A stretch of 64,000 nucleotides of DNA from positions 12,152,001-12,216,000 of the forward strand of contig JAWMAR010000026.1 in NCBI GenBank assembly GCA_036785375.1, in the 5' to 3' direction. The notes below the pieces were generated by a model. That model saw nothing but the letters and a program-made list of their open reading frames with translations, had not been told where the DNA came from and did no database searches. Every line of letters begins with the position of its first letter. Within the stretch, counting starts at the first letter, position 1. This stretch comes from Leucoraja ocellata. Lineage: Eukaryota. The translations under genes and the position numbers were made by a program. Shown piece by piece: positions 61,936-64,000 of this stretch.

Positions 61936-62359
61936 ATCTGAACAATCCTTTCATATGTTAGGAAACTGTCAATCTTATCACTATCTTATTGCGGACATTG
62001 GGCTTTGTGAAGGAACTGATGTGCTTCAATGCTGAGAATTGTATTTTGCACTCTGTATCATCCCCTTTGCTTCACCGATTAGTACTTGAGTTTGATGATT
62101 GTATTTATGTCCAGTATTATCTGTTCTGATTGGATATCATACAAATCAAAGCTTTGCACTGTGCCCTCAGTATATGTGACGATAATCAGCCTACTTTTTT
62201 TAACAAGATTAAACAAATGAAATTACTGTAATAGAAAGATGTGTAGAAGTGAAGGTTTTGCGCCAATGTCCTTGTGGAGCTGCAGCAGGGCTGGGGAACT
62301 AGTCACTGCAATCATTGTCTTGGAGTCACAAGTGAAGCTTGATATCACAGAGGCAAGGT

Positions 62360-62760
62360 TGGGCAGCACGGTGACACAGCTGGGAGAGCTGCTGCCCCAC
62401 AGCTTACATGACCTGAGCTCAAACCTGACCTTAGGTGCCCTCTGTGTGGAGAAGGGTCTCGACCCGAAGCGTCACCCATTCCTTCTCTCCATAGATGCTG
62501 CCACACCCGCTGAGTTACCCCAGCTTTTTGTGTCTACCTCCAGTTTATTCCCACATCCCAATGACATGCTAGGAAGTTAATGGGCTACTGTAAGGTCCAC
62601 ACACAAAATGCTGGAGTAACTCATCGGGACAGGCAGCACCCCCCGAGAGAAAGAATGGCCTGCAGCCTGTCCCACTGGGTTACCCCAGCATTTTGTGTAT
62701 ATCTTCAGTTTAAACTAGCATTGCAGTTCCTTCCGACACATACTGTAAGGTACATCTTGA
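62360..62760 (+). mobile_element. Old V-SINE carrying two PLE-terminus insertions (62450-62540, 62599-62741)
   Basis: SINE head gggcagcacggtgacacagc interrupted by agaagggtctcgacccgaagcgtc... and acacaaaatgctggagtaac.... Confidence 0.6.
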
Positions 62761-63061
62761 TGTAGGTTAATGGCAAAATAAATAAAGGACATTTGCGGGG
62801 CATGTGTGACAGGTGTACAAGGAAATAAATCAGGGAAATGAGATAAAGTGAGTTGTTCCCCTGGAAGCTGGCATGGACACGATGGGGTTAACAATGTCTT
62901 CCTCTATTAGTATCAGTATAAGATTGTATAAAATAAGATTCAAGGACATCTTATAAGTGAAGGATTTATTCCTGATTACCCAGCCTGTTAGGGAACTTTC
63001 CAATTCTTTGAACGTTGAACTTTTTTTATCTACACTTTCCCTGCACTATATCCTGCATAGC

Positions 63062-63158
63062 GAGAAGAAGGGTCTCAACCTGAAACATCACCCATTCCTT
63101 CTCTCCAGAGAAGCTGCCTGTCCCGCCGAGCTACTCCAACATTTTGTGTCTATCTTTG
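63062..63158 (+). mobile_element. PLE terminal repeat, single arm
   Basis: gaagaagggtctcaacctgaaacatcacccattcc...ttttgtgtctatc. Confidence 0.7.
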
Positions 63159-63754
63159 ATTGCATTCATGTTTGGATGTTTTATTTGAAAGTTTTCACTG
63201 TGTTTTGGTACAAGTGAGAATAATAAAACAATAAATAAATGTAAGATGAGCCATTGAAAGAGTTACATGGGGCCTCAATACAAGTTGGGAACCAAGATTG
63301 GCAATTATTCAATCACTCGCTTTAGGGGCTACTAACTCCAAAAGTGCCTTCTGTTATTGCAATTGTAATTTAATTACAGCAATGAGTGTCTATCAGGAGC
63401 TCTTGCCTCTTGGCAACATATGTACCTACCAGCACTGCAACACTTCTGCATTCACAGAGCCTTTCCTGTTGGTGTGTTCAATGGTTAATAAGGCCCCAAG
63501 GATGGTTGGTAGGAAGTATTTTATGGAAATAATTAACGTGGGTGTGCATTATTGGGACCAGTGATCTACAGATTATGGTGAAGCCGTGTCACAAGATTGC
63601 GCAAAATGAAGAATATTATTTATATCAGCTTCACACAACAATGTACCGATCATTTTAACATCTTAATGCAGTGCTGGGCTCAGTGCTGTACTCTCATGTT
63701 GGAGTCAGGAGATCACAGTTTCAAGGCCTTGTTCAGAAACAGAGCATACAGCCA

Positions 63755-64000
63755 CGGGCAGCCGTGGTAGAGTTGCTGCCTTGCAACGCTTGCAGCGCTG
63801 GAGATCCAGGTTCGATCCCGACTGCAGGTGCTGTCTGTATGGAGTTTGTATGTTCTCCCCGTGACTGCATGGGCTTTCTCCGAGATCTTCGGTTTCCTCT
63901 CACACTCCAAAGACATACAGGTAGGTAAGTTAGTTGGCTTGTTGTATGTGTAAAATCATCCCTAGTGTGTGTAAGATAGTGTTAATGTGCGGGGATTTCT
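63755..64000 (+). mobile_element. V-SINE running off the window end
   Basis: ggtagagttgctgcc...caggttcgatcccgact...ggtttcctctcacactccaaagac. Confidence 0.85.

Overview
Eukaryotic, repeat-dense vertebrate genomic DNA. The repeat complement (HE1-like V-SINEs, CR1/HER1-like and Rex1/Babar-like LINEs, Penelope-like elements) points to a cartilaginous fish, probably a skate or ray; this is an inference. There is a 200-N assembly gap at 3483-3682. The only convincing host gene is the 5' part of a minus-strand immunoglobulin-superfamily gene: a leader exon (1897-1951) and one germline-joined 'VJ'-type V exon (1398-1703), NCR3/NKp30-like, with no RSS and an unusually short (53 aa) inter-cysteine span. 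Its downstream exons are not recognisable in the window. The remaining ~60 kb has no recognisable host exons and is a mosaic of decayed transposable elements plus a few CpG- and motif-rich unique blocks that look like conserved enhancers. The most striking pattern is a family of about 20 short Penelope-like-element (PLE) termini. They carry a minimal hammerhead-ribozyme core (CTGAAGA-A-GGGTCTCGACCC-GAAACGTC), often as head-to-head palindromes that fold back at the ribozyme, with one arm consistently ~35 nt longer than the other. Other notable items are a Helitron-like element with two outward-facing 3' ends, a TTAA-flanked MITE, a hAT-like MITE and an atypical LINE fragment. Most ORFs in the supplied track are spurious translations of repeats. 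TE boundaries were set by eye and are approximate.
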